From contig JAFGOA010000002.1 in the NCBI GenBank assembly GCA_016926735.1, positions 1 to 17,990 of the forward strand: DNA of 17,990 bases, given 5' to 3'. The notes beneath the pieces are model-generated. The model had not been told where the DNA came from, did no database searches, and worked only from the letters and a program-made list of their open reading frames with translations. Of the stretch, positions 17,967-17,990 are shown in pieces. How positions within the stretch are numbered: position 1 is the first letter of the stretch; every line of letters starts with the position of its first letter. The position numbers were made by a program, and so were the translations under genes. Source of the stretch: Promethearchaeota archaeon. Lineage in GTDB: Archaea > Asgardarchaeota > Lokiarchaeia > Sigyniarchaeales > SOKP01.

Positions 17967-17990
17967 ATAAAAAAAAAAAAAAAAAAAAAA

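Overview
Very AT-rich archaeal window. The gene content and protein style suggest an Asgard (Lokiarchaeia-like) genome, which is an inference. It holds 13 credible CDSs: an LVIVD-repeat/Ca-binding surface protein, a ChlD-type AAA+/vWA chelatase subunit, a Cu(I) P1B-ATPase with a divergent wHTH-TRASH regulator, myo-inositol-1-phosphate synthase, an unusual 825-aa beta-CASP nuclease preceded by a small Sm/Hfq-like gene, an AfpA-type flavoprotein, DUF2284, a polyferredoxin, two tandem PAC2-family proteasome chaperones and an ATP-grasp gene that runs into low-quality poly-A at the window end. Best leads: (1) a candidate -1 frameshift cassette in the chlD linker that would make a ChlI-sized subunit from the same gene; (2) an Sm-like + divergent beta-CASP pair with duplicated degenerate KH-like domains and a large acidic insertion, a possible undescribed RNA-processing module; (3) a CopA with an unusual C-terminal tandem Cys/His domain, a candidate operator and a possible CopZ-producing slippery site; (4) tandem PAC2 paralogs that both end in HbYX. 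No tRNA, rRNA, CRISPR array or mobile element was recognised.
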